From NCBI GenBank assembly GCA_964510655.1, contig CAZEAY010000001.1:344330-394723 (forward strand): 50,394 nucleotides of DNA, given 5' to 3'. Both the position numbers and the translations under genes were made by a program. This stretch comes from an uncultured Candidatus Saccharibacteria bacterium (GTDB lineage: Bacteria; Patescibacteriota; Minisyncoccia; Phycocordibacterales; XYD1-FULL-46-19). Within the stretch, counting starts at the first letter, position 1. Every line of letters starts with the position of its first letter. Below the pieces are notes generated by a model, which made no database searches, was not told the DNA's origin, and saw only the letters and a list, made by a program, of their open reading frames with translations. Shown in pieces: positions 14,944-24,814 of the stretch.

Positions 14944-16692
14944 ATGGCAACTATCGAACAAATAAGGCATTCCCTTGCCCACATCTTAGCCTCCGTAATA
15001 AAACAACGATATCCTAAAGCCGAGCTGGGAATTGGTCCAGCTGTCGAAAATGGTTTTTATTATGATTTTGATTTTTCGGCCGTCATCTTTGGTGAAGGTG
15101 GTCTAGAGGGTGAACTACCTAGCATCGAGAAAGAAATGAAGAAACTGATTGATAAAAAAGTCGATTTTGCAGAGGAAAAATTATCTCTATCCGAGGCTAA
15201 AAATTTCTTCAAAAATGAATCATATAAACTTGAATTGATGTCGGAACTAGAGGCAAAAAAAGAAAATATTACTTTCTATCGCAATGGTGATTTTCTTGAT
15301 CTCTGTGCGGGCGGACACATACAAAACACCAAAGAAATTTCTACTGACAGTTTCAAACTAGAACGTGTCGCAGGGGCCTACTGGAAAGGCAGCGAAAAAA
15401 ATAAAATGCTCACCCGCATTTATGGGCTGGCTTTCTCCACCAAAGAGGAATTAGACGCTTATCTAACTCAACAAGAAGAAGCGAAAAAACGCGACCACCG
15501 CATCTTAGGAAAATCTTTAAAACTATTCACCATCTCCCCTCTGGTTGGTTCTGGCTTACCCCTCCTTCAACCAAACGGCATGATTATCCGTGGAGAAATT
15601 GAAAAATATCTTTGGGAACTCCACCAAAGTAAGGGTTATCTCCGAGTTTGGACTCCCCACATTGCTCACGAAAGTCTATACGAAACCTCTGGTCACGCCG
15701 CCAAATTTGGTGATGAACTTTTCCGCGTTTCAGGTAAAGAAGAAAAGTTTATCTTGAAGCCGATGAACTGTCCACACCACATGCAGATTTTTGCGGACAA
15801 TCAATGGAGCTATAAAGATATGCCAATTCGCTACTTTGAACCCGCCACCGTTTATCGTGATGAAAAGTCTGGACAACTTTCTGGGCTTACTCGCGTGCGC
15901 GCCATTACTCAAGATGATGGTCACTTATTCTGTCGCGTCTCCCAGATCAAAGACGAAGTAAGAACCATCGTGGATATCATTAAAACCTTCTATACCACGA
16001 TTGGCCTCATGGAAAATTACTGGGTTAGTTTATCTGTCCGAGGAGATGACAGAAGCAAATATCTTGGCGATGATGAAGCCTGGGTGGCGGCAGAAAATGC
16101 TCTGGAAGAAGCAGCCAAACAAAATGAATTACCATATAGAAGGATTGAGGGTGAAGCCGCTTTCTACGGACCTAAACTTGATTTCATGTTTAAAGATGCC
16201 ATTGGGCGAGAGTGGCAACTTGCTACCATTCAGTGCGACTTCAATTTACCAGAACGTTTTGATTTGTCGTTTATCAATGAAGCAGGAGAAAAAGAACGGC
16301 CGGTCGTCATTCACCGTGCCATTTCTGGTTCTTTGGAACGCTTTATGGGAATTATGATCGAACACTACGCCGGAGCTTTTCCGGTTTGGCTTTCCCCAAT
16401 TCAAGTGGCGGTTTTGCCAATCTCCGAAAAACATCGCGATTATGCGGGCGAAGTCACGGACAAATTATTGAAGGCAGGTATACGTACTCAATTAAATTCT
16501 GATGACGAAAGTTTAGGTAAAAAAATACGTAATACCAAGATGCAAAAGGTGCCATATTTCTTGGTGATGGGTGACAAAGAGGTAGAAGAAAAAATGATCA
16601 CGGTGGAAAGTCGCGATTGTGCCTCCGAAAAAATGAGTCTAGAAGATTTTATTATCAAAGTCTCGAGTGAAATTCAAAATCGAAAAAACTAG
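14944..16692 (+). CDS. thrS: Threonyl-tRNA synthetase (no N-terminal TGS domain)
   Basis: Starts at the editing/SAD domain (RHSLAHILA). Class II motifs present (FILKPMNCPHH, YRDEKSGQLSGLTRVRAITQDDGHLF, GEAAFYGPKLD) plus the anticodon-binding domain. Confidence 0.95.
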   Translation: MATIEQIRHSLAHILASVIKQRYPKAELGIGPAVENGFYYDFDFSAVIFGEGGLEGELPSIEKEMKKLIDKKVDFAEEKLSLSEAKNFFKNESYKLELMSELEAKKENITFYRNGDFLDLCAGGHIQNTKEISTDSFKLERVAGAYWKGSEKNKMLTRIYGLAFSTKEELDAYLTQQEEAKKRDHRILGKSLKLFTISPLVGSGLPLLQPNGMIIRGEIEKYLWELHQSKGYLRVWTPHIAHESLYETSGHAAKFGDELFRVSGKEEKFILKPMNCPHHMQIFADNQWSYKDMPIRYFEPATVYRDEKSGQLSGLTRVRAITQDDGHLFCRVSQIKDEVRTIVDIIKTFYTTIGLMENYWVSLSVRGDDRSKYLGDDEAWVAAENALEEAAKQNELPYRRIEGEAAFYGPKLDFMFKDAIGREWQLATIQCDFNLPERFDLSFINEAGEKERPVVIHRAISGSLERFMGIMIEHYAGAFPVWLSPIQVAVLPISEKHRDYAGEVTDKLLKAGIRTQLNSDDESLGKKIRNTKMQKVPYFLVMGDKEVEEKMITVESRDCASEKMSLEDFIIKVSSEIQNRKN

Positions 16693-16702
16693 CCTAATAA
16701 AT

Positions 16703-16740
16703 AAAATCACCAACTCCAAAAGAGTTGGTGATTTTATTTT
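16703..16740 (+). terminator. thrS intrinsic terminator
   Basis: aaaatcaccaactc caaaa gagttggtgatttt hairpin followed by a T-run. Confidence 0.75.
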
Positions 16741-16765
16741 AGAAATTTATTTAAAAAATTTAAAC

Positions 16766-16804
16766 AATAAAAAATCGCCAGCCGGTAGTATACCGAACTG
16801 GCGA
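16766..16804 (-). terminator. Terminator of GC-richer cassette 3
   Basis: tcgccag...ctggcga stem (16775-16804), followed on the minus strand by a T-run. Convergent with the thrS terminator. Confidence 0.7.
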
Positions 16805-16812
16805 CAAAAGTC

Positions 16813-17319
16813 TTATCTTTCATACAGGACAGAAGTTGCCCCATCAGCCGACGCAACCTTCTCCTTTGATGAATTATTCTTCTTCTCAGGCATCCCATAA
16901 GATCCTAGCATCGCCGCCTGTTGCTCGCCAATAGGAAGAGGTTTGGTGACATACTCGAATCGGCCAAACCGATTCATGACGAGCTTATCTCCAACTTGGA
17001 GATTAGCACAAGCCACAGACAACGGGAAACTTCGTTCCCAGCCATTACCCTTGCGGATAAGTAACCGAGGATCATTCTTGGCCGTCCTGGTAAACAGAGA
17101 AGTAGTCATGTGATTTTCCATCACGCTGACCACAGTAACTGTCTCTCCAGGAACGACCACGTAATCCAGAGTATAGTGCTCACCGAATAGCACATATCCT
17201 CCGAAGGTGGCCAGTCCAATGATGACCATGGCAACCAGAGCCAAGGTCAAGCAAACGAACAACTTAACCTGACGGCGCGCACGGGCGCCCAAAGCCTGTA
17301 AACGAGCTGAAAAATTCAT
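16813..17319 (-). CDS. Hypothetical membrane-anchored protein (168 aa), GC-richer orphan cassette 3
   Basis: AGGAG precedes ATG 17319. Arg-rich N-terminus, then a TM helix (LFVCLTLALVAMVIIGLATFGGYVLF), then a beta-rich ectodomain. No family recognised. Confidence 0.6.
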   Translation of the reverse strand: MNFSARLQALGARARRQVKLFVCLTLALVAMVIIGLATFGGYVLFGEHYTLDYVVVPGETVTVVSVMENHMTTSLFTRTAKNDPRLLIRKGNGWERSFPLSVACANLQVGDKLVMNRFGRFEYVTKPLPIGEQQAAMLGSYGMPEKKNNSSKEKVASADGATSVLYER

Positions 17320-17379
17320 GATTCCCTACTCCTGCGAGTTTTTAAGGTGGGACAACTGGATTGGTTATCCTCTTCTTTT

Positions 17380-17408
17380 ATTATATCACCTTTTGCATAC
17401 AAAGTCAA
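17380..17408 (-). promoter_or_regulatory. Consensus promoter of cassette 3
   Basis: TTGACT (17408-17403), 17 nt, TATAAT (17385-17380), followed by a leader of about 55 nt with an SD. Confidence 0.65.
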
Positions 17409-17428
17409 TATACAAAGAAAAACTACTT

Positions 17429-17455
17429 AAAAAGCCCTATTTCTAGGGCTTTTTT
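17429..17455 (-). terminator. gyrB intrinsic terminator
   Basis: aaaaagccct atttct agggcttttt hairpin with flanking A/T runs. Confidence 0.7.
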
Positions 17456-17461
17456 ACTTGA

Positions 17462-17499
17462 TGTCAAATCTTATGAACGATCGTTCATATGATTTGACA
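17462..17499. repeat. 38-bp near-perfect palindrome (TGTCAAATC...GATTTGACA)
   Basis: tgtcaaatcttatgaacga|tcgttcatatgatttgaca: 19-nt arms, one mismatch, no loop. The ends share the GTCAAAT/ATTTGAC unit with the 7909 and 23958 elements. Confidence 0.7.
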
Positions 17500-17550
17500 G
17501 TACAAAAACAGAAAAGACTGAAAAAGTAACAGATTTCTTAAAACATGATA

Positions 17551-19590
17551 CTAAACATCCAAATTTGCTAGTTTGGCGTGAGTTTGGATGAATATCTTTC
17601 TAGGCTCTACTTCGTGCCCCATCAGGACATCAAAGGTCTTATCGGCCTTTTCCCCATCATTCACAAATACTTGTTTCAAAACGCGTGTCTCGGGTTTCAT
17701 GGTGGTCTCCCACAATTCTTCTGGATTCATTTCTCCAAGACCTTTGTAGCGCTGAATAGAAATTTTAGTATTTTTCTTTATTTCTTTACCTTCGGTCTCT
17801 TCAGCATTTTCGGTTTCTCCTTCTTCTTCTGACTCCGCCACTTCCCCACCCATCACTTTCACAACTTGAGCTTTTTCTTCATCACTATAAGCATAGTGAG
17901 ATTCTTTCCCTTTTTTAATTTTGTAGAGCGGTGGTTGAGCAATAAAAATTCGTCCGTCTTCAATTAATTTTGGATAATAACGGAAAAAGAAGGTTAATAG
18001 CAAGGTTCTGATGTGAGCTCCGTCTACGTCGGCATCAGTCGCAATAATAATTTTGTAGTAACGCAATTTCGAAACATCGAGCTGGTCACCAATTCCTACC
18101 CCCATTGCGATAATCAAAGCTTTAATTTCATTAAAAGCCAACATTTTATCTAAACGAGCTTTTTCCACATTCAAAATCTTACCCTTTAAAGGCAAAATAG
18201 CTTGGGTCCGACGATCACGCCCTTGTTTAGCCGAACCGCCGGCCGAATCTCCCTCCACAATAAAGATTTCTGCCTCTTCTGCATTACGAGATTGACAGTC
18301 AGCCAGCTTTCCAGGCAAAGTCATACCTTCTAATGCTCCTTTGCGTAAGACACTATCTTTCGCTGCTTTCGCTGCTTTGCGCGCCTTAAGAGCTAGAATA
18401 GATTTATTGACAATCGCCTTAGCATCGTCTGGATGTTCTTCCAAAAAGAGTGAGAATCCTTCACCAAAAACAGCTTCAACCGCCCCACGAGCTTCTACCG
18501 AACCAAGCTTTGCTTTAGTCTGACCTTCAAACTGTGGATCACGCATCTTTACCGAAATCACAGCGGTCATTCCCTCTCGGACATCATCACCAGTGAAATT
18601 TTCCTCACTGTCTTTAGAATAACCATTTTTGCGGGCATAGTCGTTAAGAGTCCGAGTCAAAGCCGTTCGGAATCCAGTAACATGAGTTCCGCCTTCTGGA
18701 GTTATTGTGTTGTTAGTATAACTAACTTCTTTAGCATCAATATCATCAATATACTGCAAAGCCACCTCCACGGAAATACCATTAACCTCTTTTTCCGCAT
18801 AAAAAATTTCCTTCTGAATAACCTTCTCATGTTGATTATAAAATTTAATCAACGAAACCAAACCACCTTCAAAATAAAAGGTACGCGATGGAACCTCCAA
18901 CTCTAATTCATTTAAATAAAATATTTTATCGGTATTTATTTTACCGGAATACTCTCGAGCATCGATGGCACGGATACGGACATCTTTTACTAAATAGGCC
19001 TGACCACGCAAATGATTTACCACCCGATCCCAATCATAAACAGTTTCTGAAAAAATAGTAGGATCCGGTTTAAAGGTAATAATTGTCCCATGATCTTTAG
19101 TGGCTCCAACCTTTTTTACCGCATATTGTTTTTTACCAATTTTATATTCTTGAACATATTTACTTCCGCCCACATGGACTTCGGCTTTTAATTCAGTCGA
19201 CAACGCGTTTACCACCGACGCTCCAACCCCATGTAAACCACCAGAAATTTTATAGCCATCACCCTCAAATTTTCCTCCGGCATGGAGTACTGTCAAAACT
19301 GTTTCGAGAGTCGAAACTTTAGTTTTTTTATGAACCTCAACGGGGATACCACGACCATTATCCGCCACCCGAATCACATTTCCCGGCAAAATAGCCACCT
19401 CGATCTCATCACAATAACCGTTCATCGCTTCGTCGCGAGAGTTATCAAAAATCTCCACCATCAAGTGCTGTAAACCATCTGGACCAGTCGAACCAATATA
19501 CATACCCGGACGCTTTCGGACTGGTTCCAAACCCTCTAAGACGACGATTTCATCACTGCCGTATTTTGATTCTTTTTGTATTTTAGCCAT
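17551..19590 (-). CDS. gyrB: DNA gyrase subunit B (type IIA topoisomerase B subunit)
   Basis: GLEPVRKRPGMYIGST, GGLHGVGASVVNALS, Toprim block EIFIVEGDSAGGSAKQGRDR, and PLKGKILNVE. GyrB versus ParE cannot be settled by eye. Confidence 0.88.
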   Translation of the reverse strand: MAKIQKESKYGSDEIVVLEGLEPVRKRPGMYIGSTGPDGLQHLMVEIFDNSRDEAMNGYCDEIEVAILPGNVIRVADNGRGIPVEVHKKTKVSTLETVLTVLHAGGKFEGDGYKISGGLHGVGASVVNALSTELKAEVHVGGSKYVQEYKIGKKQYAVKKVGATKDHGTIITFKPDPTIFSETVYDWDRVVNHLRGQAYLVKDVRIRAIDAREYSGKINTDKIFYLNELELEVPSRTFYFEGGLVSLIKFYNQHEKVIQKEIFYAEKEVNGISVEVALQYIDDIDAKEVSYTNNTITPEGGTHVTGFRTALTRTLNDYARKNGYSKDSEENFTGDDVREGMTAVISVKMRDPQFEGQTKAKLGSVEARGAVEAVFGEGFSLFLEEHPDDAKAIVNKSILALKARKAAKAAKDSVLRKGALEGMTLPGKLADCQSRNAEEAEIFIVEGDSAGGSAKQGRDRRTQAILPLKGKILNVEKARLDKMLAFNEIKALIIAMGVGIGDQLDVSKLRYYKIIIATDADVDGAHIRTLLLTFFFRYYPKLIEDGRIFIAQPPLYKIKKGKESHYAYSDEEKAQVVKVMGGEVAESEEEGETENAEETEGKEIKKNTKISIQRYKGLGEMNPEELWETTMKPETRVLKQVFVNDGEKADKTFDVLMGHEVEPRKIFIQTHAKLANLDV

Positions 19591-19784
19591 CGTAAATATT
19601 TAAAAAATTAGTTAAAAACAACACCAGTCGAGAAGACTTAGTATAACTCTATTTTACCATTTTTAGCTTTAAAAGACCAGTGAATTTTTTAGTCATTTTT
19701 CAGTAATATCAACCTCTAAAAATTGACTTGTTATTTCTAAAATGTTAAAAAATAGGCAGACCACTAGAAGCAGGGGGGCAAAAG

Positions 19785-20048
19785 ATGTCTAAGAAGAAAC
19801 TGACGAATGCAGATTTAGGCAAACACATCCAAATTGGAGAAGTAATTATATCCATCTTCCTGGGATATTTAATTTACCAATCCAAAGACTGGACCGACAG
19901 CCTTTTCCCATTGTTCATAATGCTATTTGTCGTAAGCTGGTCCGGCTTTGTCGCTCATATGATTTTGCCCCAAAAGTGGCACAATCTGATTTTCCCGGTA
20001 CTGACCTTTGTCGGACTCAGCATTGTCTGTCTCCACTTAATTTTCTGA
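19785..20048 (+). CDS. Hypothetical small membrane protein (87 aa, 3 predicted TM helices)
   Basis: AGGGGGG SD before the ATG. Three hydrophobic stretches. Terminator follows directly. Confidence 0.55.
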   Translation: MSKKKLTNADLGKHIQIGEVIISIFLGYLIYQSKDWTDSLFPLFIMLFVVSWSGFVAHMILPQKWHNLIFPVLTFVGLSIVCLHLIF

Positions 20049-20056
20049 ACAAACAG

Positions 20057-20097
20057 ACCGCTAACCCAAATCTCGGGTTAGCGGTTTATCTTTTTTT
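20057..20097 (+). terminator. Intrinsic terminator
   Basis: accgctaaccc aaatctc gggttagcggt hairpin (20057-20085) followed by a T-run. Confidence 0.7.
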
Positions 20098-20141
20098 GCC
20101 TTAAAAAAGGCTCGGACAAGGACACTCAATAGCCACCAAAA

Positions 20142-21932
20142 CTATTCAACAGTCACACTTTTAGCCAAATTACGCGGATAATCAATATCATTCCCCTTTG
20201 CGAGTCCAATATAATAAGATAAAAGTTGGATAGGAAGTAAATTAACTATCGGTTGTAGGAGCCCCAAGTTAGGCACACGAATATATTTATCAAAAATCGC
20301 TTTATCGTCAAACTCTCGTGGACCAAGTCCGATTAACATAGCTCCACGAGATTTACACTGCAGAGCATTATTTACCACCTCTTCTTTTGTCTCTTCATCA
20401 ATCAAAATCAAGCAGGGAAAACCTTTTTCAATCCGAGCAATATAGCCATGTTTAATTTCTCCCGCGGCAAAACCTCGAGCTTTCACATACCCCACTTCGG
20501 ACATCTTAATCTCTGCTTCTTTAGCAACGGGAACCTCCAACCCACGACCCATAATAAACACTTCTTCTGATGGATAACTTAAAATATCTTTTACTAAATC
20601 AGATAAGAAATTAGCAAATTTATCATTCAAAAATTGATCTAGATAACCAGCAGAATTTTCCAACTCATCTAGCCTAGTTTCAAAATTGTCTGAAGCAATA
20701 GCAGACAAACCATAAGCCAAAATCATTTGAGCTGTTGTTGCCTTGGTTGAAGCTACCGCCGTTTCCACACCCGCTCTTAGTGGCATAAGAATATCTACAC
20801 TTTCAGCCAAATATGAACCCTCAACATTAATAAAGCCGATAGTTTTAATACCTTTATTTTTTAAATCTTTATCTAATCCAATTAAATCTCCAGTTGTTCC
20901 ACTTTGCGAGATGAAAACAACAATATCATTTTTTCGCACTAACTGATTTAAAATCTTTGACTCCGAACCAGGATAAGCAAACGAACGTTTTCCGGCGCGA
21001 TTCATCAACATCGCCCCAAAAGCTGCCACTTTATAAGCTGTCCCACACCCAACAAAATAAATAACAGGGTCAGATTTAAATATTTCCCTTAGGTTAGTTA
21101 ATTGAGGAAGATTATATTCTAAAGTTTGCTTAATGGTATTTTTTTGTTCCCAAATCTCTTTAAGCATAAAATGTGGAAAATCACCCTTATCTACCAAAAT
21201 ATCTGCAATATTAAAGTCCATAAGACGTCTCTCAATTTTTGTACCACTATCCAAAGAGTAAAACTCAGGGAAAAGTTCCGCCTTCTGAATAACCAGATGT
21301 AAAAACTGCCCAGAATCAAACTGATATCCCCGACTTGTTTCTTTAATAAAACCGCGAACATCGGATGCGATATAAGCGCCACTATCTCCAAAACCCACAA
21401 CCAAAGGTAGGCCATTTTGGACCGCCCAAAGCTCTGACCCCTCAGCAAATAAAACAATAAAAGAATTTTTACCCTCTATCCGTATCGCTGTCTCTCGAAT
21501 CGCCTCTTTATGATTTTTACCTTGCTTAATCAAAAAATTAATAAGATTTGGAATAATCTCAGTATCACATTCAGTCTTAAATACAGTACCCTGTTTTTCT
21601 AGATTTTCTTTAAGAGTTTGATAATTTTTTATCGTTCCGTTATGAACAACGGCAATCTTATTATCTTCAGATAAATGTGGGTGTTGGTTCTCTAGAGAGG
21701 GTTTACCATGAGTTGCCCAGCGACGATGGGCAATCCCAGCACAAGACGGCGGTAATTCTCTAATTGCCGAAGTGTCTGGGCCAATAATTTTTTTAACGAC
21801 AATTTCACCTGAAGGCTGGGAGCAAGCGGCACCAGCCGAATCATAGCCACGATACTTCAACTGTTCCAGACCCGCCTCCATAACATTAGGAGCATCAGAT
21901 GTTTTTAATAACACACCAATAATTCCACACAT
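20142..21932 (-). CDS. glmS: Glutamine--fructose-6-phosphate aminotransferase
   Basis: MCGIIGV N-terminal nucleophile, two SIS domains, and a C-terminal ...NLAKSVTVE. Confidence 0.95.
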   Translation of the reverse strand: MCGIIGVLLKTSDAPNVMEAGLEQLKYRGYDSAGAACSQPSGEIVVKKIIGPDTSAIRELPPSCAGIAHRRWATHGKPSLENQHPHLSEDNKIAVVHNGTIKNYQTLKENLEKQGTVFKTECDTEIIPNLINFLIKQGKNHKEAIRETAIRIEGKNSFIVLFAEGSELWAVQNGLPLVVGFGDSGAYIASDVRGFIKETSRGYQFDSGQFLHLVIQKAELFPEFYSLDSGTKIERRLMDFNIADILVDKGDFPHFMLKEIWEQKNTIKQTLEYNLPQLTNLREIFKSDPVIYFVGCGTAYKVAAFGAMLMNRAGKRSFAYPGSESKILNQLVRKNDIVVFISQSGTTGDLIGLDKDLKNKGIKTIGFINVEGSYLAESVDILMPLRAGVETAVASTKATTAQMILAYGLSAIASDNFETRLDELENSAGYLDQFLNDKFANFLSDLVKDILSYPSEEVFIMGRGLEVPVAKEAEIKMSEVGYVKARGFAAGEIKHGYIARIEKGFPCLILIDEETKEEVVNNALQCKSRGAMLIGLGPREFDDKAIFDKYIRVPNLGLLQPIVNLLPIQLLSYYIGLAKGNDIDYPRNLAKSVTVE

Positions 21933-21960
21933 AGAGTTAGAAATTTATATTTATTAATTT

Positions 21961-23937
21961 TTATCTCACCTCCCAGCCCATTTCTCTAAACAAAGCTATT
22001 AGTCCATCCATAGCCTGGTTAACCTCTTCATCAGACAAGGTTTTCTCATATGATTGAAAAACGAGTCTAAAAGCTAAAGATTTTTTATTTTCTTTAATAA
22101 ACACATCAAAAAGCACAGGGTCTTGAGCGAGTAATGGACCAGAATTTTCTTTAATTAAGCTAATCACCTCACTTGGATCAACAGTTTCTGGAACAAATAA
22201 GGCAATATCACGAATGATACGCGGATAGAGCGATACTTTCTTATACAACGTAGCTGGAGAAATAAATTGATTAAGATCAGGATCAACAAATTTACCGGTT
22301 AAGCCAACGAGGTCATCCAAAGAAGTTTCGATTTGAGCGTAAGAAAAATTTCCCATTTCATCAATTTGAACTAGAGTATCAGAAGGAGGACAGATGGTTA
22401 GTTTCAATTCACGACATAAAGCATCTTTAGCCGACATTAATTCTCGATTCACATTATCGCCAATTTTTTGTTTAATCCCCTTTTGTGCAACACTAAAAAT
22501 AAAAGAAGTACTTTCTTTGATCTGATTATTTTCTTTTTTAAACACTCGGCCAATTTCAAAAATCTTTACTGGTTCGGTATCAAACAAAACATGTTGAAGA
22601 TTAAAAGCTAAACGATCTTTCAGCCAAGTAGATAAATTGGTCCGCAAAAACGGCTTATTATTAGCTAGAGGATTTGCGACCTCAATCTCCCCCTTCTCGG
22701 CAAAGGTATAACCATAAACCTCAGAAAAACCTTGTTTAGCTAAAGTCTCCCTTACTTTACTAATGACACGGTATCTTTTAGTCGCCTCTTTTTCTTCCTG
22801 AGTAAATGATCCTGGAAGAAGTTTAGCGGGGATTTTTTCATAACCATAAATTCTACCGACTTCTTCAACAATATTTTCTACCCCCTCCAAGTCAATGCGC
22901 CGAGCCGGAACGACTAACCTAAGTTTATCGCCCTCTCTCGTAAATTTAATATCCAAACTACTTAAAATAGATTCTATTTTTTCTTCTGGAACAATGATAC
23001 CTAAAGAATCATTAATTTTCTCGCTATTAGTCTCGATAATATTATTAGAGACTGGTGATGGATAAACATCAATCTTGTCACCAACCTTTAAGGATTCACC
23101 ACCAGCAATCTGATAAATAAGATTGGTTAAATTATCAATAGCAGGAGCAGCAACTTCTGGCGATAACTCGTTTTCAAATCGTTTAGAGGCATCGGTTCTA
23201 ATACCAACCGCCGAACTTGTTCGACGAATATTTACAGGATGGAAATTAGCTGCCTCCAAAATAATATTCTTGGTGTTTTGATCCACCTCAGCTCGGTTGC
23301 CACCCTTTATTCCAGCAATCGCTAGCGGACCAGTTTCATCAGCAATCACTAAAATATTTCCCGCCAAGTCAATTTCTTTACCATCAAGAGTCGTTATTTT
23401 GTCTCCGCGACGAGCCAAACGAACAGTAATGTCCCCAACTACCTTGTCAGCATCAAAGGCGTGTAGTGGTTGACCCAAATCAAACATTACATAATTAGTC
23501 GCATCAACAATATTATTAATCGATCGTTGACCAATATTTTCCAATCTTTCTTTTAACCAATCTGGCGACTCGCCAACAGAAATATTTTCTATCACCCGAC
23601 CAATATACCGTCGACACAACTCAGAATCATCTATTTTTACAGCAAGCGAACGTTCTGGTTTTTCTCCTACAAAATCTGTTTTGAAATCTCCGTAATCAGA
23701 AGACTTGTCTCTTTTCGGCAAATTAAAAATAGCCCCAACTTCACCAGCAATACCGTAATGGCACAAACAATCATGGGCACGATCGGGTAGCACTTTAATA
23801 TCTAGCAAACGATCATCGCCTTTTGACTCCACCCCCTCCACTTCAAAAGAATGAAAAATAATCCCTCGCTCAAGTTCCTCGGCTGGGGGTAAGGTGGTAT
23901 CAAAATATGATTGTAGCCATTTGTAAGAATAGGACAT
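21961..23937 (-). CDS. pheT: Phenylalanyl-tRNA synthetase beta subunit (short form)
   Basis: MSYSYKWLQSY start, B3/4 and B5 blocks (NNIVDATNYVMFDLGQPLHAFD) and a C-terminal FDX-ACB-like domain. Follows pheS. Confidence 0.93.
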   Translation of the reverse strand: MSYSYKWLQSYFDTTLPPAEELERGIIFHSFEVEGVESKGDDRLLDIKVLPDRAHDCLCHYGIAGEVGAIFNLPKRDKSSDYGDFKTDFVGEKPERSLAVKIDDSELCRRYIGRVIENISVGESPDWLKERLENIGQRSINNIVDATNYVMFDLGQPLHAFDADKVVGDITVRLARRGDKITTLDGKEIDLAGNILVIADETGPLAIAGIKGGNRAEVDQNTKNIILEAANFHPVNIRRTSSAVGIRTDASKRFENELSPEVAAPAIDNLTNLIYQIAGGESLKVGDKIDVYPSPVSNNIIETNSEKINDSLGIIVPEEKIESILSSLDIKFTREGDKLRLVVPARRIDLEGVENIVEEVGRIYGYEKIPAKLLPGSFTQEEKEATKRYRVISKVRETLAKQGFSEVYGYTFAEKGEIEVANPLANNKPFLRTNLSTWLKDRLAFNLQHVLFDTEPVKIFEIGRVFKKENNQIKESTSFIFSVAQKGIKQKIGDNVNRELMSAKDALCRELKLTICPPSDTLVQIDEMGNFSYAQIETSLDDLVGLTGKFVDPDLNQFISPATLYKKVSLYPRIIRDIALFVPETVDPSEVISLIKENSGPLLAQDPVLFDVFIKENKKSLAFRLVFQSYEKTLSDEEVNQAMDGLIALFREMGWEVR

Positions 23938-23957
23938 AAACTAAAATTAAAAATTGG

Positions 23958-24026
23958 AAATGTCAAAAGTCAAATGTGAATCCAAAAGTATTTTCATTTG
24001 CAATTTGAAATTTGGCATTTGTAATT
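23958..24026. repeat. Palindromic intergenic element, copy 2 (pheS/pheT spacer)
   Basis: Same 19-mer, tttgaaattt and catttgtaatt as copy 1. Same position relative to the upstream stop and the downstream ATG. Confidence 0.7.
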
Positions 24027-24030
24027 TGTC

Positions 24031-24780
24031 TTATAGCTGATTTATCAGACGAAGATCTCCGTCAAAAAACTTTCTAATATCCTCAATGCCGTATTTGAGC
24101 ATCGCTAACCTCTCAGTCCCAATTCCAAAGGCAAAACCAGACCATTCTTTGTGATCGAGATTTACTGCCTTAAAAACATTTGGATGAACCATTCCCGCTC
24201 CACCAATCTCAATCCAACCAGTCCCCGAACAAAGTGAACAATTTTTTCCGTCTACCAAACCCGTATTATGACAATTGAAACACTTCATATCAATTTCAAA
24301 ACCAGGTTCAACAAAAGGGAAAAAGGATGGGCGCAAACGAGTCTCCACCTCCTCACCGTACAATTTCTTAAAAAACCTATCCATATAACCTTTCAGATGG
24401 GCCACTGTTACTCCGCGGTCCACTAACAGACCTTCAATTTGATGGAATTGGGCTTCGTGTCGAGCATCGGTCGCTTCTTGACGAAAAACTTTTCCTGACA
24501 CCACTATCCGCAACGGTGGTTTATTTTCTTGCATAAATCTAACCTGAACAGCACTAGTTTGTGTCCGTAGTAAATTTGGGAAATCTTTCAGGAAGAAAGT
24601 ATCTTGCATATCACGGGCCGGATGATCAGCGGGGACATTTAAAGCATCAAAGTTATGAAACTCATCTTCCACTTCTGGCCCTTCGGCCACCTCAAAACCA
24701 AGTTCTTTGAAGGCTAAACAAACCTCCCAAATTATTTGTGTCAGAGGGTGTAAATGGCCTCTTTTTTCGATCTCAGACAT
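24031..24780 (-). CDS. pheS: Phenylalanyl-tRNA synthetase alpha subunit (short, core domain only)
   Basis: HPLTQ, DMQDTFF, FRQEATDARHEAQFHQIEG, the Cys-cluster insertion CFNCHNTG...CSLCSGTGWIEIGGAGMVHPNV, and GFAFGIGTERLAM. ATG 24780 is preferred because the track start 24795 lies inside a TATAAT box. Confidence 0.92.
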   Translation of the reverse strand: MSEIEKRGHLHPLTQIIWEVCLAFKELGFEVAEGPEVEDEFHNFDALNVPADHPARDMQDTFFLKDFPNLLRTQTSAVQVRFMQENKPPLRIVVSGKVFRQEATDARHEAQFHQIEGLLVDRGVTVAHLKGYMDRFFKKLYGEEVETRLRPSFFPFVEPGFEIDMKCFNCHNTGLVDGKNCSLCSGTGWIEIGGAGMVHPNVFKAVNLDHKEWSGFAFGIGTERLAMLKYGIEDIRKFFDGDLRLINQL

Positions 24781-24786
24781 ATGAAG

Positions 24787-24814
24787 ATTATACATAATAA
24801 TACTTATGATTCAA
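24787..24814 (-). promoter_or_regulatory. pheS promoter, leaderless geometry
   Basis: TTGAAT (24814-24809), 16 nt, TATAAT (24792-24787), then 6 nt to ATG 24780. Confidence 0.5.

Noticed and set aside
21933-21960. Possible glmS ribozyme upstream of glmS
   Set aside because: Only 28 nt separate the pheT stop from the glmS ATG. That leaves no room for the ribozyme, which is about 170 nt.
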